DNA of 63,982 nucleotides, filler included, from Sanchytrium tribonematis (taxonomy: Eukaryota): the NCBI GenBank assembly GCA_018985235.1. It is 9 parts of 9 records of this genome, joined end to end, with 100 filler letters (N's around TTAATTAATTAA, not from the genome) between each part and the next. Parts side by side here need not be neighbours in the genome. Positions count along the whole stretch, not along the records: positions 7,226 to 14,339 come from JADGIG010000462.1; positions 14,440 to 21,526 come from JADGIG010000463.1; 7 more parts are not named here. One strand, given 5' to 3'. How positions within the stretch are numbered: the first letter of the stretch is position 1; the number at the start of each line of letters is the position of its first letter. Below the pieces are notes generated by a model. That model was not told the origin of the DNA. It did no database searches and saw nothing but the letters and a program-made list of their open reading frames with translations. This document shows, piece by piece, positions 10,172 to 21,526 of the stretch. The translations under genes and the position numbers were made by a program.

Positions 10172-11179
10172 TTACTTTAAAATGTTAGGTTTTGCTTTTT
10201 CCAAATGTGTTTTAATGGCTCCCGAATTATCTCCAATTCCATGTATTGCTGCTCCTAAATATAAATTGTGTTTAAAATAACCATCATGATATAGAAATGC
10301 AGTAGTATGCTTTAATTCGTAGCCATTAAGCCCTTTTAGTTTTTCTATCACATTAATTCCACTTTTGGCATCTTGAATAAGACGCATTTCTTGATCTGAT
10401 TTTGGAACAATAGCGGCATGAAAGATGTCAGTAATGTGCTGCAAGGCATTGTGATCCGTGATGCCCAATATTGCATCTTGGTGATTTTTGAATGTTGTTT
10501 TGATTAAATTGTTTTCGTGATCAGATAATTTTGACTTCCAATGGTCTTGATGATAAAGTGATAGGAATTCTTTAAATGTTTGTCGTCTCTCAATTTCTTC
10601 TTTTGTATTTTTATCTGGCATTTCTTGCTTGCGTCTGAGTCTTACTGCAAGATTCTTTCGAAAATCAGGAGAATTTGTATCTACTGGTGCGTGTGGGTAT
10701 ATAATGAATAATGCACGGTGTAGATCGGGGTTTTTATTATTAATTGATGCTTTTACTTTCATTAAATGTGTCTCATCAAGTCCCAAATTACCAATTATAG
10801 CATTTAGAGTGTTTTTAACGATATCATTTTGACCATGAGATAATAGAATTTCTAATCTCTTGTAGATTTCTAATTTGATGTCATCTTGAGTGGCACCGTT
10901 TGTTGGATTGAGATAATTATTTGCTTCTTCCAATATGGAATTATGCATTTTATTGTAATAATCTTGAAGTGCACCTTTTAACTTTCTTTTTAGATCCTCT
11001 CTGTCTTGTATGAGTGGTTCAGATTGTTGAATTTGCCCAACAATGTCATTTAAAACATTCACTGAATTTGAATGAACTGGAACTTTCTTGATTTTTTTGA
11101 CCATTTTATTTACCAATCCTTTGAGTTTATAGTTTTGAAGAAATGAAAAACTCAATATTAGTATTAAAAAGTAGAGCAT
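10172..11179 (-). CDS. Hypothetical secreted helical protein
   Basis: 335-aa ORF with N-terminal hydrophobic stretch; no recognised domain. Confidence 0.55.
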   Translation of the reverse strand: MLYFLILILSFSFLQNYKLKGLVNKMVKKIKKVPVHSNSVNVLNDIVGQIQQSEPLIQDREDLKRKLKGALQDYYNKMHNSILEEANNYLNPTNGATQDDIKLEIYKRLEILLSHGQNDIVKNTLNAIIGNLGLDETHLMKVKASINNKNPDLHRALFIIYPHAPVDTNSPDFRKNLAVRLRRKQEMPDKNTKEEIERRQTFKEFLSLYHQDHWKSKLSDHENNLIKTTFKNHQDAILGITDHNALQHITDIFHAAIVPKSDQEMRLIQDAKSGINVIEKLKGLNGYELKHTTAFLYHDGYFKHNLYLGAAIHGIGDNSGAIKTHLEKAKPNILK

Positions 11180-11642
11180 TTGATTGTAATAGTTGGACTT
11201 AAGTACATGAATTATTAAAGATCATTGGACTTTCTGTTTGATGATTTGTGATTGGGTAACAGATCTAAGACGTCTGAGAGATGATGTTTGAGTGGATCAA
11301 AGGAATGGGACGCAGACAGATGCTAAACAGTGAATAATGGGGAGGAGAGTGACAATGACAGATGAGTGATTTGAAATTTAAAGGAGAATTGAAATTTGGC
11401 AATTACTTCACAATTGATACTGCAAATATATCTATATTGCGAGTAAAACAAGAATTATTGATTCTAATGAACAATTTCAGTCTATGTGATGACATAATCC
11501 ACAAAACACACCCTCGGAACGAGTGAAAAACGAATTCGGGCAAACAGACTCGTTAATTGGATTCATATATTTGATCCAATCATAGCACCTGTATATCCTG
11601 AATACGATATTCAAAAGATGACAACTGCAAAACGAGATAAAA

Positions 11643-13130
11643 ATGCTTTTTACATTGATCTTTGGACAATACTCTGAATACTCTATTCCAGTAGATTGTA
11701 AAGATCAGCGACATCGCAGAGATTTTCGAGCTTTATCAGGTGATGAATGGACCGCATTTGCAAACGCATTTCAACAATTGAAAGCATCTGGCAAATTATC
11801 TGATTTTGCACAGTTGCATATGGATAAATACAATATGATTCATTCTGTGCCAGATTATAGACCAGAATTCTTGATGTGGCATCGTGCATTTATTTGGGAG
11901 TTTGAAAATCAATTAAGAGAGGTAAGTGGCAATGACAACATTACAATGCCGTATGTCGATTGGGCATTTGAAGCTGATTACTTTAATGGCTTTCTTGATA
12001 AATCTGTTGCATTTGATCCATATTATTATGGATACAGTGAGTCATATCATCCGATTGAAGGGAACATGTATGACGGCAATACGAAGCTTAGAGACAGTTT
12101 TATTCATGAAGCAGGTGACGTTGATTATGTTTACAAATGGTTAAATGACACCGTGCCTGTTTCTGGATGGGGTTCTGTTGACAGCAATATTATTGGTAGT
12201 ACAAAATATGATGCATTCTCACAAGGCTTGGAAAATGGGATTCATTTGGATGTTCACAGCAGAATCGGCGGATTGATGATCACAAAAATATCTCCAATGA
12301 TGTCTTATTTTTGGGCCATTCATGGATTTGCAGATATGGCTGGATTGACTTGGCAATACGTACACAATCAGCATGATTCTATTACTGCATATTATAAAGA
12401 TGGCACTAAATTCAACGGGGATCAATCCTTTACAATTTTGGATTCAACTTACACTTATAACCAAGCATTTAGATTGGATGGAATGTGTGCAACATATCAG
12501 AGATATTACAACACGAAATCTACTCAAGTCGGTGTGCTTCAAAAGAGATCAGAAACACCAAGTCAGACTGCGGAAGCTGCTGCCACTGAAACTGCATCTG
12601 TCCCCGTCCAACAGTACGCAAAACCAAATCTTCAAGTAGATTATAAAGAAGTAGCAGCCTATAATCAAAAATTAAAAGATTATTACACGACATTAAGAAC
12701 AACAAATGATCCAGATAAGAATATGCAAACTTGTGCGGATTTTTATGGAAACTCAACGTATATCGCATTAACCACAACATTACCCATGGAACAATTAAAG
12801 AAATTCAACATTGATCCAGCTACTTATCAACAGACAGCAGATACAAAGAATCAACGACTTTTAGAATTGGCAAAATTATCAAATAATGTCATACATTATG
12901 GAAATGAGACTACGACAGATTATAGTGGTGCAGAGAATATTATTAGTGGTATTCAGTCCCATTTTAGTGATTTGGTGTCTCAATATGCGTCAGAAGCATC
13001 GAATTTGTTAAATTCAGGAAATTCAAACAACTCATACGATCCGAATAATGACAATTCCACACCATCTGACTTTTCTAGTGCAAATGGATTGCAGATGATT
13101 TTGGTAATATTAGCAGTTTTGATTCAATAA
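11643..13130 (+). CDS. Secreted tyrosinase-family (di-copper) protein, probable GPI anchor
   Basis: RRDFRALS, H..H..FLMWHRAF (CuA), HLDVH...FWAIH (CuB) and hydrophobic C-terminus. Confidence 0.85.
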   Translation: MLFTLIFGQYSEYSIPVDCKDQRHRRDFRALSGDEWTAFANAFQQLKASGKLSDFAQLHMDKYNMIHSVPDYRPEFLMWHRAFIWEFENQLREVSGNDNITMPYVDWAFEADYFNGFLDKSVAFDPYYYGYSESYHPIEGNMYDGNTKLRDSFIHEAGDVDYVYKWLNDTVPVSGWGSVDSNIIGSTKYDAFSQGLENGIHLDVHSRIGGLMITKISPMMSYFWAIHGFADMAGLTWQYVHNQHDSITAYYKDGTKFNGDQSFTILDSTYTYNQAFRLDGMCATYQRYYNTKSTQVGVLQKRSETPSQTAEAAATETASVPVQQYAKPNLQVDYKEVAAYNQKLKDYYTTLRTTNDPDKNMQTCADFYGNSTYIALTTTLPMEQLKKFNIDPATYQQTADTKNQRLLELAKLSNNVIHYGNETTTDYSGAENIISGIQSHFSDLVSQYASEASNLLNSGNSNNSYDPNNDNSTPSDFSSANGLQMILVILAVLIQ

Positions 13131-13171
13131 AATGATATTTTTAAACATTTTTAAAGAATGGTGGCTTTAAA

Positions 13172-13954
13172 ATGGGGGTGAATGTCATTGAGAACGTGTC
13201 ATTTGTGATTTATGGTGTTTCTATTGCATTATTTATGACGGGTGTTATGAATATATTCAAATTATTTACTAGAATCCACAAAATACCAATATTAATTGGA
13301 TGGGGATTTTCTAGTTTGTTGATTTCTGGGACCATTTCAATGATTGAGAATATTTGGGCACCTTGGTTATCGAAAACATTGGTATTTGTAGATGGTGCAG
13401 TCTATCCTCAAGCTATATTGATCAGTTTCTGGTTGTATTATAAAAGATTGACTCAATTTTTTAGCAATCAATTGGTACTTCGAATTATTAAAATGTTGGC
13501 CATTTTGACGACGTTATTTGTCATTGGGGACGTTGCAATCTATATTTTAGAGACATATGGCGTGAGTGATGGACACCATTCATTTTATTATGATTTGTTT
13601 CCTGCAATTGAATTTTTGTATTATTTGATACAAGAAGCCATTTTATTGGGATTATTACTAAAGAATATTGATTTGTTAATGACGGCAGAATCACACATGT
13701 ATATGTTAGTGGTTTACATCATTTTTATGGCTTTATTTGTCACAGATATTTTGATGGCGTTTTTGTCATTTTATCAACCAAAATTAAGCAACTTATTTTA
13801 TGTGATTCCCTTTTATTTGAGACTTCATTCTGCAATTTGCTTCTATAGTGGATTAAAAGAGACGCATTTATCATTAAAAAGAGAGTTTCCAGATTATTCA
13901 TCCACAGATACGGATATTTCCAGTGTTATTAGCAAAGCAAATAAAACTTTATAA
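13172..13954 (+). CDS. Multi-pass (about 7 TM) membrane protein
   Basis: Alternating hydrophobic segments; paralog of the next ORF (YPQ..ISFWLY.KRL). Confidence 0.65.
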   Translation: MGVNVIENVSFVIYGVSIALFMTGVMNIFKLFTRIHKIPILIGWGFSSLLISGTISMIENIWAPWLSKTLVFVDGAVYPQAILISFWLYYKRLTQFFSNQLVLRIIKMLAILTTLFVIGDVAIYILETYGVSDGHHSFYYDLFPAIEFLYYLIQEAILLGLLLKNIDLLMTAESHMYMLVVYIIFMALFVTDILMAFLSFYQPKLSNLFYVIPFYLRLHSAICFYSGLKETHLSLKREFPDYSSTDTDISSVISKANKTL

Positions 13955-14032
13955 CTAGATTTAATCGTTTCTTACTTGTTGATGGTGAACTGGTCAAAAA
14001 TGGTGAATTGTGGCTTGTAAGATTCATCAAAA

Positions 14033-14339
14033 ATGTCCGTCGATTTATTTGGAAATGCGTCTTACGTGTTATACGGTCTATCTATATCATTTTGGATAGC
14101 TGGATTTATCAATTTATTCAGATTATTCTCTAAAATGAACAAATTCCCCATCATGATCTCTTATGGATTTTTCTGTTTATTGATTTCTAGCACCCTTGTG
14201 ATGATGCAAACATTTTGGGACACTCAGAATTTGAAATTATTGGTAATCATTGACTGTTTTATTTATCCTCAATTTGTATTTATCAGTTTTTGGTTGTACT
14301 GGAAAAGATTAAAAATGTTTTATGTAGATCGTAAAATTA
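14033..14339 (+). CDS. Tandem paralog of 13172-13954, truncated by contig end
   Basis: Shared N-terminal alignment including IYPQFVFISFWLYWKRL. Confidence 0.65.
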
Positions 14340-14540
14340 NNNNNNNNNNNNNNNNNNNNNNNNNNNNNNNNNNNNNNNNNNNNTTAATTAATTAANNNNN
14401 NNNNNNNNNNNNNNNNNNNNNNNNNNNNNNNNNNNNNNNAAATTAACAAATTCACTTGTTAAAATGTATGAACAGCCAAGCATGTTCTGCCTTATGAAAA
14501 TACACCCTTGTTTTACAATTAAATTTTTTGAGAGTTCGCC

Positions 14541-15356
14541 ATGCCAATTCTTCATCATGATTATCGAAAAAATGCTAGTGACATTCTATTTATCATGATA
14601 CATGGTGGTGGATATACGCATCACACTTGGCTACCTTTAATTGATGCCATGGAAGATACAGGTTTGGAAGCACAATATTTATTATGCGATTTACGGGGAC
14701 ATGGAGAATCTTTGGACTGTACGGATTATTCATTGGAAGCCCTTGCTAATGATATAAAAGATACAGTCGATGAAGTGGTTGAATTACCAAAATTTGTAAT
14801 TCTTGTTGGCCATTCGTTAGGCGCATCGATTGCGATTCATTTATCATTCCATTTAATGATACCGAGAGTCATTGGAATAGTTGATATAGATGTTGTGGAA
14901 GGTACTGCATTGGAAGCGCTTCAATTTATGAAGAATATCGTACAACAAAGACCTGAACAGTTTTCTACCATCGATCAAGCCATACAATGGGCAGTCCGTT
15001 CTAACCATATGACACCAGCAAATGCCAAAAATAGTATTCCGCACCAACTGATTAAAAACGGGAATAATTATATGTGGAGAACAAATTTGCTTGCCACCCA
15101 AGAATTTTGGGAAGATTGGTTTATAGATTTGTCAGAAAAGTTTTTGAAGTGTAAGTGCGGGAAGCTTTTGGTATTAGCCAGTACCAACAGGTTGGATACC
15201 GCCCTCACTATTGCACAAATGCAAGGAAAATATCAAGTCGAAATTCTACCTTATGGACATGCCCTGCATGAAGAATCACCTGGTGATGTTGCCAGAATTT
15301 TGCTCCAATTTTACAAAAGACAATTACCGATCAAGTTACCACCAAAATTCAAATAA
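14541..15356 (+). CDS. PPE1: Protein phosphatase methylesterase 1 (PME-1)
   Basis: HGGG, DLRGHG, GHSLG, IDVVEGTA, LDTALTIAQMQGKYQ and GHALHE. Confidence 0.92.
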   Translation: MPILHHDYRKNASDILFIMIHGGGYTHHTWLPLIDAMEDTGLEAQYLLCDLRGHGESLDCTDYSLEALANDIKDTVDEVVELPKFVILVGHSLGASIAIHLSFHLMIPRVIGIVDIDVVEGTALEALQFMKNIVQQRPEQFSTIDQAIQWAVRSNHMTPANAKNSIPHQLIKNGNNYMWRTNLLATQEFWEDWFIDLSEKFLKCKCGKLLVLASTNRLDTALTIAQMQGKYQVEILPYGHALHEESPGDVARILLQFYKRQLPIKLPPKFK

Positions 15357-15456
15357 ATATTGATAGTTGATACCAATTAAAAGAGGTTTAAATGTTTTGG
15401 CAGATTTCTTTTGATGAACCACAATTCTCTTACAAACAAAACTTGTAAACCCTAGA

Positions 15457-17292
15457 ATGGATCATGAAATTGGAGAAGCAAATATGCAAATTGGGAAGCT
15501 TCAAGCAAAAATTGATCACATTGACAATTTGCTCAAAACTAAATTCGAGAATTGGGACCACGAAGATAAGGAATACTATGAAACAAAAAGAAGAATTCAA
15601 CTGACGGAAAAGCAGGCTCAATTACGTAACATTAAGACCCATTGGATCTCTCAATTAAATTTTTTAAATAATCATAGAGACAAACTTGCAATTATCAATT
15701 GTACTAATACATATATTAACTTCGATTATATAACATTTGAAGAGAAAGTTTATAAAAAGCCAAAATTAGCTCGGCATCAAGATGTTGCACTTTCTTGCCT
15801 ACATTTTGGTGACCTTATACCTTCTACAAATCTAACCTTTCCATTAACAGAAAATATAAAATCTAGCATAATTAATAACTACCCCAAATATTGTATATAT
15901 GAATCCATATTCGATCCAAACATCAGAAAATTATCTATTTTAATTGGAGGTTGGAATTATGGCAAAACCACTACATTGTCAATCATCAAAGATTTGGCAA
16001 TTGAATCTAAAAAGATAGTGTTTTATATCGAGAATGGTTTAACTTATGTTGATTTTGCGGTTAATAAGATATTTTACAAAATGAATGAACAAAGCATAAG
16101 TTATTGGGAAGCTGTAATTCAAAAGAAATCACTGTCCCAAATGGCAAAAGTAGTAGAGTTTCTTGCTAGCCTTAAGAAATTGAACAACAACTATGACATT
16201 TTAGAGTTACTTGTTAATATTAAAAGTATAATTCCTGTTTTTATTATTGTAGATTGCTGGGATAAATTACAGTCAGCCCATCGATCACTACACAATACCC
16301 TAGAACCCGAATTTACTTATTTTATTGCCGGTACGGGCAACTGGGATCCATTAAGTTGTTACGAAAGATTGTCTGATAATTTATTATCAAATTATTATAT
16401 CAATATTGACAAGTTCACCCAATTAACTGATTTAAAAACTAAATATGACCTGGACAAAGCAGAGATTATTGAAATGACGAATGGGATACCTGGATTGGTA
16501 TATTTGGTTAGGAATTCAAATTCTGTATTCAACGCAAAAATTATAGTCAAAAGGTTTTACGAGATGAAAATTGAAAAATTAGTGTTTCAGTTTCTTACTG
16601 CAAGAAGGCATGCAGAGCTCGATGAACTCATCAATATGGCCAATTTCTCAGACTTTAAACCTACATTTGACTTTACCAGGAAGTGGCATCATGAAGGATT
16701 ACTAGACAAAGATTTTAAATTTTCTCATAAAGAAATTAAATTTGCATTGAATTCCATCGCAAAAACATATGATATAGTGGAATCTATTATAAGTTGTTAT
16801 CTCAATTATCAAAATGAGGCCTTGGCACTTGAGTATTTCTTTGACTATGTTTTTCAAAATGGGAATTCTCTGATTCTTACCAAAAAGAAACACTTGGAAG
16901 AGCCTGTGATTCTTCGGTGGTATGGATTAACGTATTTTCACAAAGAAGGTAAACAATCAAATTACATTTACAAAGTTCAGAATAATTATCCAGATTATAA
17001 ATACTATTGCATTCAGGAAAAGACAATTTATGCAATACAGATCTCAGTTCTATTTGATGACTTAAATCATCAAACCAGTGCATCTTACAATAATCGAGCC
17101 ATTAACGAAATTGAGTTGTCAGAGGAATTTTTAGAAAACCAGGTCAACAATAGTGACGAATACACTTTGGAGCATGTATTTTTGTGTAAAAATTACAATA
17201 GGCAAATTAAGACAGGTCATGATTTTTATTTTCCATTGAAAGAGAATTACTTGGCCCTTCTCAGTCCAAACTTGTCTAAAAACTTTAAGTAA
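15457..17292 (+). CDS. Coiled-coil + P-loop NTPase + probable degenerate restriction-endonuclease-fold domain (Crinkler/RHS-type)
   Basis: Walker A GGWNYGKTT, Walker B IIVD, MTNGIPG, and C-terminal LEYF..NYPDY..IYAIQISV. Confidence 0.55.
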   Translation: MDHEIGEANMQIGKLQAKIDHIDNLLKTKFENWDHEDKEYYETKRRIQLTEKQAQLRNIKTHWISQLNFLNNHRDKLAIINCTNTYINFDYITFEEKVYKKPKLARHQDVALSCLHFGDLIPSTNLTFPLTENIKSSIINNYPKYCIYESIFDPNIRKLSILIGGWNYGKTTTLSIIKDLAIESKKIVFYIENGLTYVDFAVNKIFYKMNEQSISYWEAVIQKKSLSQMAKVVEFLASLKKLNNNYDILELLVNIKSIIPVFIIVDCWDKLQSAHRSLHNTLEPEFTYFIAGTGNWDPLSCYERLSDNLLSNYYINIDKFTQLTDLKTKYDLDKAEIIEMTNGIPGLVYLVRNSNSVFNAKIIVKRFYEMKIEKLVFQFLTARRHAELDELINMANFSDFKPTFDFTRKWHHEGLLDKDFKFSHKEIKFALNSIAKTYDIVESIISCYLNYQNEALALEYFFDYVFQNGNSLILTKKKHLEEPVILRWYGLTYFHKEGKQSNYIYKVQNNYPDYKYYCIQEKTIYAIQISVLFDDLNHQTSASYNNRAINEIELSEEFLENQVNNSDEYTLEHVFLCKNYNRQIKTGHDFYFPLKENYLALLSPNLSKNFK

Positions 17293-17483
17293 TTCGTGGA
17301 TCCTAGAAAACAATCAGCTGCGAAAAGACCTAGATGAAGACTCACCAGAGATGAATAAAATAGAATGCAAATTCATATAGCATTAAAATAATTGAAGGAC
17401 TCCACCAAGTAACAATAAATTGCCTGCTTTAAATTAATAAGCCTTGAAAAAATCAGCAAATAAATTGCATTGAAACCTAGGAG

Positions 17484-18515
17484 ATGCATTTGTATTTGCG
17501 AAATGAATACAAGAAATTTGAACATCGTGTGATTTTGACGCCTGAACATTGCAAACAATTAATCTCAGGGGGAATCGACATTTCAGTGGAATGTAGCAAT
17601 ACCAGATGCTTTTCCGATGAGGAGTACGAACAAGTGGGATGCAAATTGACGAAAGAAAAATACGATAGTTGCGACAAAAACACTTACATATTAGGACTGA
17701 AGGAGTTGTATCACACGACTCCAAAGTCATTTGAGTTTTGCCATATTTACTTTGCTCATGCATACAAAGAACAGACTGGATGGAAGGAATTATTGCAAAA
17801 ATTTAAGAATGGAAGGATTTTAGATTTGGAATTTTTGAAAGAAAATGGGAGACGAGTTGCCGCGTTTGGATTTTATGCTGGATATGCGGGTGCTCTTTTG
17901 AGCATGGATGTTTACAATGGGAATAAAGGACCATATTCGCCACAAATCAAAAGCGAAATTGTAAGCAAGATTAAATCTGAAATCAAGTCCAAGCCAAAAG
18001 TCTTGGTAATTGGCGCGCTTGGTAGATGCGGAAAAGGCGCTATACAGGGATTGTTAGATGTAGGTATTCCTGAAGAAAATATTTTAAAGTGGGATTTAGA
18101 GGAAACGAAAAAAGGCGGTCCATTTAAAGAGATACTTGAGGCTGATATTTTTATCAATTGCGTATATCTGTCGTCCAAAACAAAGCCATTTTTGACTACT
18201 GAGATGCTTTTACCAGAAAAGAAGTTGAGTGTCATTTGTGACGTCAGCTGTGATTACAATTCTGCCAATAATCCTATTCCTGTATACAATGAGTGTACCT
18301 ATTTTGACAAGCCATTTATTACAATCCCTGGAGATGTCAAAGTCATTTCAATTGATCATTTACCAACACTCTTGCCAAAAGATGCAAGTCATGAATTTGC
18401 AAGTCTTTTAACACCATATATCAAGCAATTGAATGCTGAGCCATTTGGTGAACAAACAGGAGTTTGGAAAGGTGCTTTAGATCTGTTTGAAGAGAAATTA
18501 AAATTGACGCAATAA
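17484..18515 (+). CDS. LYS1: Saccharopine dehydrogenase (NAD+, L-lysine forming)
   Basis: LRNEYKKFEHR, YFAHAYKEQTGW, DLEFL..GRRVAAFG, GALGRCG and IDHLPTLLP. Confidence 0.96.
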   Translation: MHLYLRNEYKKFEHRVILTPEHCKQLISGGIDISVECSNTRCFSDEEYEQVGCKLTKEKYDSCDKNTYILGLKELYHTTPKSFEFCHIYFAHAYKEQTGWKELLQKFKNGRILDLEFLKENGRRVAAFGFYAGYAGALLSMDVYNGNKGPYSPQIKSEIVSKIKSEIKSKPKVLVIGALGRCGKGAIQGLLDVGIPEENILKWDLEETKKGGPFKEILEADIFINCVYLSSKTKPFLTTEMLLPEKKLSVICDVSCDYNSANNPIPVYNECTYFDKPFITIPGDVKVISIDHLPTLLPKDASHEFASLLTPYIKQLNAEPFGEQTGVWKGALDLFEEKLKLTQ

Positions 18516-18905
18516 AACTTTGTCCCGTATTGCCAAGTTTCCTAGACACACCATGGAGATACAATATAAATTTCTGAAAAACGATACAGAAAGTGAAATT
18601 TATGATCTATCGTTCGGAAGAATTTCTTTTGAATTGTAGCCCCAAATGCCTTAAATAAATCCTATTAAAATTTATTTTGGCGATATGCAGTCTTGGATAG
18701 TTACAATTGCAGTGGTTATTTCAACTATGATGATCTGCAATTGATTACCTGCAGAATGCTCTGGTGGCTTCTATATGCACGACTTTTTTTCCGAATAAGA
18801 GTGTGTGTTACGCAAGAGCTGATGTTGCTATATTTAATATTCCAGCTATTTAATTAGTATAAATATTTACCCAATCCTAAAATTGTTATTTTAGTGAATT
18901 TTAAC

Positions 18906-21044
18906 ATGTCTTCGCAAACATGCTTTTTGGAAACTGCAGGAGAGGAATTGCAAACAAAGTATTATCCAAAGTCTATGGACAATAAGAATATAGAAAGTAA
19001 AGTGGCTCTTAAATTTTCATCAAATTTACAGAAGGATATTAATGCCCAATTATCTACATGTATTTCCGATGTATTCTTGTGTCTTTCTAGTCCATTAAGC
19101 TTAACTGATGACATGATAACTTCTTGCTGTTCAAATAGAAATGCACATTTTTTTATAACTTTATGTGGCCCAACATTATACTACTTTTCGGAAATTGATC
19201 CAATAAAGCAATACGCTCGCCTGTACAAACTGATTTCGAGATTCAAAGAGCACCCTCATATTACACTTAATTTGGTCAATAAGCACATGTACAAAGAAAT
19301 CTTTTTTTTCAGGCACCGTTTAATATTTTTGCCCAAAGTTTTAGGAAAGGAGCCTTTCAGCATCCCTGGATTTGTTTTGGAATATCCTGGATTCGATCAA
19401 AACAGCGAAACCTTGATCCAAACTTTTAAGTCTATCAAAGCGGAAATCCATGAATTTGAAAAACATAAAATTAAATTCGAGGAGTTTGAAAGCCTAAAGG
19501 ATCAACCAGAAAAGAACACAATAATATTTGCTGAAGGCGAGGACATTTTATGCAGCTTAAATAGTGGAATTTCAACACGAAGCGATAGGATTCAGTTCGG
19601 ATTATCTTTTTATGAAATAGAATCTAATTTATTAGATTCAATGATCAAAGCAGACACAATAGATATTCTGGCTGTTACAGGCATCAAATTTATGACTTTG
19701 TTGATGAATCCTAAAGTAATGGAACGTTTTCAAAATATGAAAGTAAGGATCATTATAGCTGAATTAAATGCACCTGTTGCCAAACTTAATTATCCATTCT
19801 GCTCAGACGCAAAGTTATCTAAATCACGAGGTCATGCAATGTATCTAAGCTCATGTTTTAATGTTGAAGTCAGATATACTTCCCAGCCTATATATAGAAC
19901 AAGAATTTCATTGTCAAGAGAGGACATGAAAGAGACTTATAGTTATAATTACAGTTTAGGATATCAATCTGACCAAAATTTGTATGAGTATGTGCAAAAG
20001 ATTGGAGATACTCCTCGATCCAAAATCAATTCCATTTTTCTTAACTCATTTGACGAAGAGTTTACCTTGTACTATTTATTATCTTCACCCAATGATGAGA
20101 TTAAAATTGCAAGGTATTCTGCTTATTCAAACCCTTCACTATTGTGCACATTTGAAAAATCGATCAAATTGGAAACTCCATTTGTTATTTTTTCTGGATA
20201 TGATAGATTTCTTGACAAAGAAGTAATTTTCGTGTTTGCCAGTCTCACTGAGTTGCTCAAGGTACCTGCTGACATCAACAATACGACAGTCATTAGATAT
20301 CCATTTCAATACCAAGTTGCTTTCAACAACTCAGAGCCTTTAAATGCCTTTAGGCAATGTCCCATAAAACCAGGATCGTCTATCGGCTTTAACGATACTA
20401 AGCCATCGGCTTCCATCTCTTGCTTTATCAAAAATGATAAAGGAAATCGATATGGTATTGCATCTGGACATCTATTTAAGCATGCATTTCCACAGCCAAG
20501 AAATGAAGGGTTTGAAGTTTTCCATCAAGTGGCATTTCATCCAAGCTTTACAGATTTCAACGGTGTCAATACAAAGCTAGGACGTTGCGTTGCGTATTCG
20601 ATGCAGGATGATTCAAACGAGTTTGAAGACTTTGTCCTTTTTGAGATTAATGCTGATGTCCAAATTGTAAATGAAGTGGAGAATTTAAATCTTGATCTAA
20701 AATATCTAGGAAACGATTTATCGGAATCTTTAAAGTGCAGAATGATAGGTCGAAGTTCTGGAATAAGTCATATTTCACTGACCTCCCAAGCTTTAATTGT
20801 GCTGGAAGGCGGAAGAGTTAATGGTTGCATTGCGATCTCGGATATAAATGACAATGTGCCACAAGGTGGGGATTCTGCAGGTCCAATCTATATAAAAACC
20901 AAAGATAGTGCCGACTGTTTAGGATTTTTCCTGGGCTGTTTAACTGATCCTTTGGGTCAGACTCGATTTAATGTTATAATTAAGTCGGAGAAATTGCGTC
21001 AATTTTTGGATAAAAGGTTTCCATCTGGCTGGACAATGATTTAA
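18906..21044 (+). CDS. Multidomain protein with C-terminal trypsin-like serine protease
   Basis: IASGHLF / EDFVLF / GGDSAGP catalytic triad pattern and GRSSG; no signal peptide. Confidence 0.6.
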   Translation: MSSQTCFLETAGEELQTKYYPKSMDNKNIESKVALKFSSNLQKDINAQLSTCISDVFLCLSSPLSLTDDMITSCCSNRNAHFFITLCGPTLYYFSEIDPIKQYARLYKLISRFKEHPHITLNLVNKHMYKEIFFFRHRLIFLPKVLGKEPFSIPGFVLEYPGFDQNSETLIQTFKSIKAEIHEFEKHKIKFEEFESLKDQPEKNTIIFAEGEDILCSLNSGISTRSDRIQFGLSFYEIESNLLDSMIKADTIDILAVTGIKFMTLLMNPKVMERFQNMKVRIIIAELNAPVAKLNYPFCSDAKLSKSRGHAMYLSSCFNVEVRYTSQPIYRTRISLSREDMKETYSYNYSLGYQSDQNLYEYVQKIGDTPRSKINSIFLNSFDEEFTLYYLLSSPNDEIKIARYSAYSNPSLLCTFEKSIKLETPFVIFSGYDRFLDKEVIFVFASLTELLKVPADINNTTVIRYPFQYQVAFNNSEPLNAFRQCPIKPGSSIGFNDTKPSASISCFIKNDKGNRYGIASGHLFKHAFPQPRNEGFEVFHQVAFHPSFTDFNGVNTKLGRCVAYSMQDDSNEFEDFVLFEINADVQIVNEVENLNLDLKYLGNDLSESLKCRMIGRSSGISHISLTSQALIVLEGGRVNGCIAISDINDNVPQGGDSAGPIYIKTKDSADCLGFFLGCLTDPLGQTRFNVIIKSEKLRQFLDKRFPSGWTMI

Positions 21045-21192
21045 TTAAAAGTTTTATTCATTCAAACTACTGTACTGTATTTAGAAAGTGAAGAACTCAG
21101 AATTTGGGCTTTAGCGCAGCACCTGATTTATTAATGGCTGAACGAAAGTAGTTTTGAAGCACAAGATTGCTCCAAATTTTAAAGGAGTGAAA

Positions 21193-21526
21193 ATGTTTTT
21201 GGAGACCACATATTTTGCCACATATTTGGTGCTCATCTGTCTGGGTCTCTTCGCGTTATATCAAAGCAGATTTTATTATAATCAAACCACTGACGAATTT
21301 ATAAATGCAAAAAAACATGGAACATTTCGAGTGATGTTTTCGTTGTATTCAGCCAGTGTCGGCGCATGGGTAAGTGTGGCACCTAGTCAATTTGCGTCGT
21401 ATGCTGGTATTCTAGGCCTCTTTATGTACTCTCTTAGCAGCGCAATTCCAATAATTGTAGTTTCTTACCTAAGCGGCAGAATGAGTGATGTTTGCTCACT
21501 AAACCAATATATTCGACAAAGACTGG
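21193..21526 (+). CDS. Sodium:solute symporter-family (DUR3-like) transporter, 5' fragment
   Basis: DEFINA..SLYSASVGAW..PSQFASYAGILG..Y pattern; cut by contig end. Confidence 0.65.
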
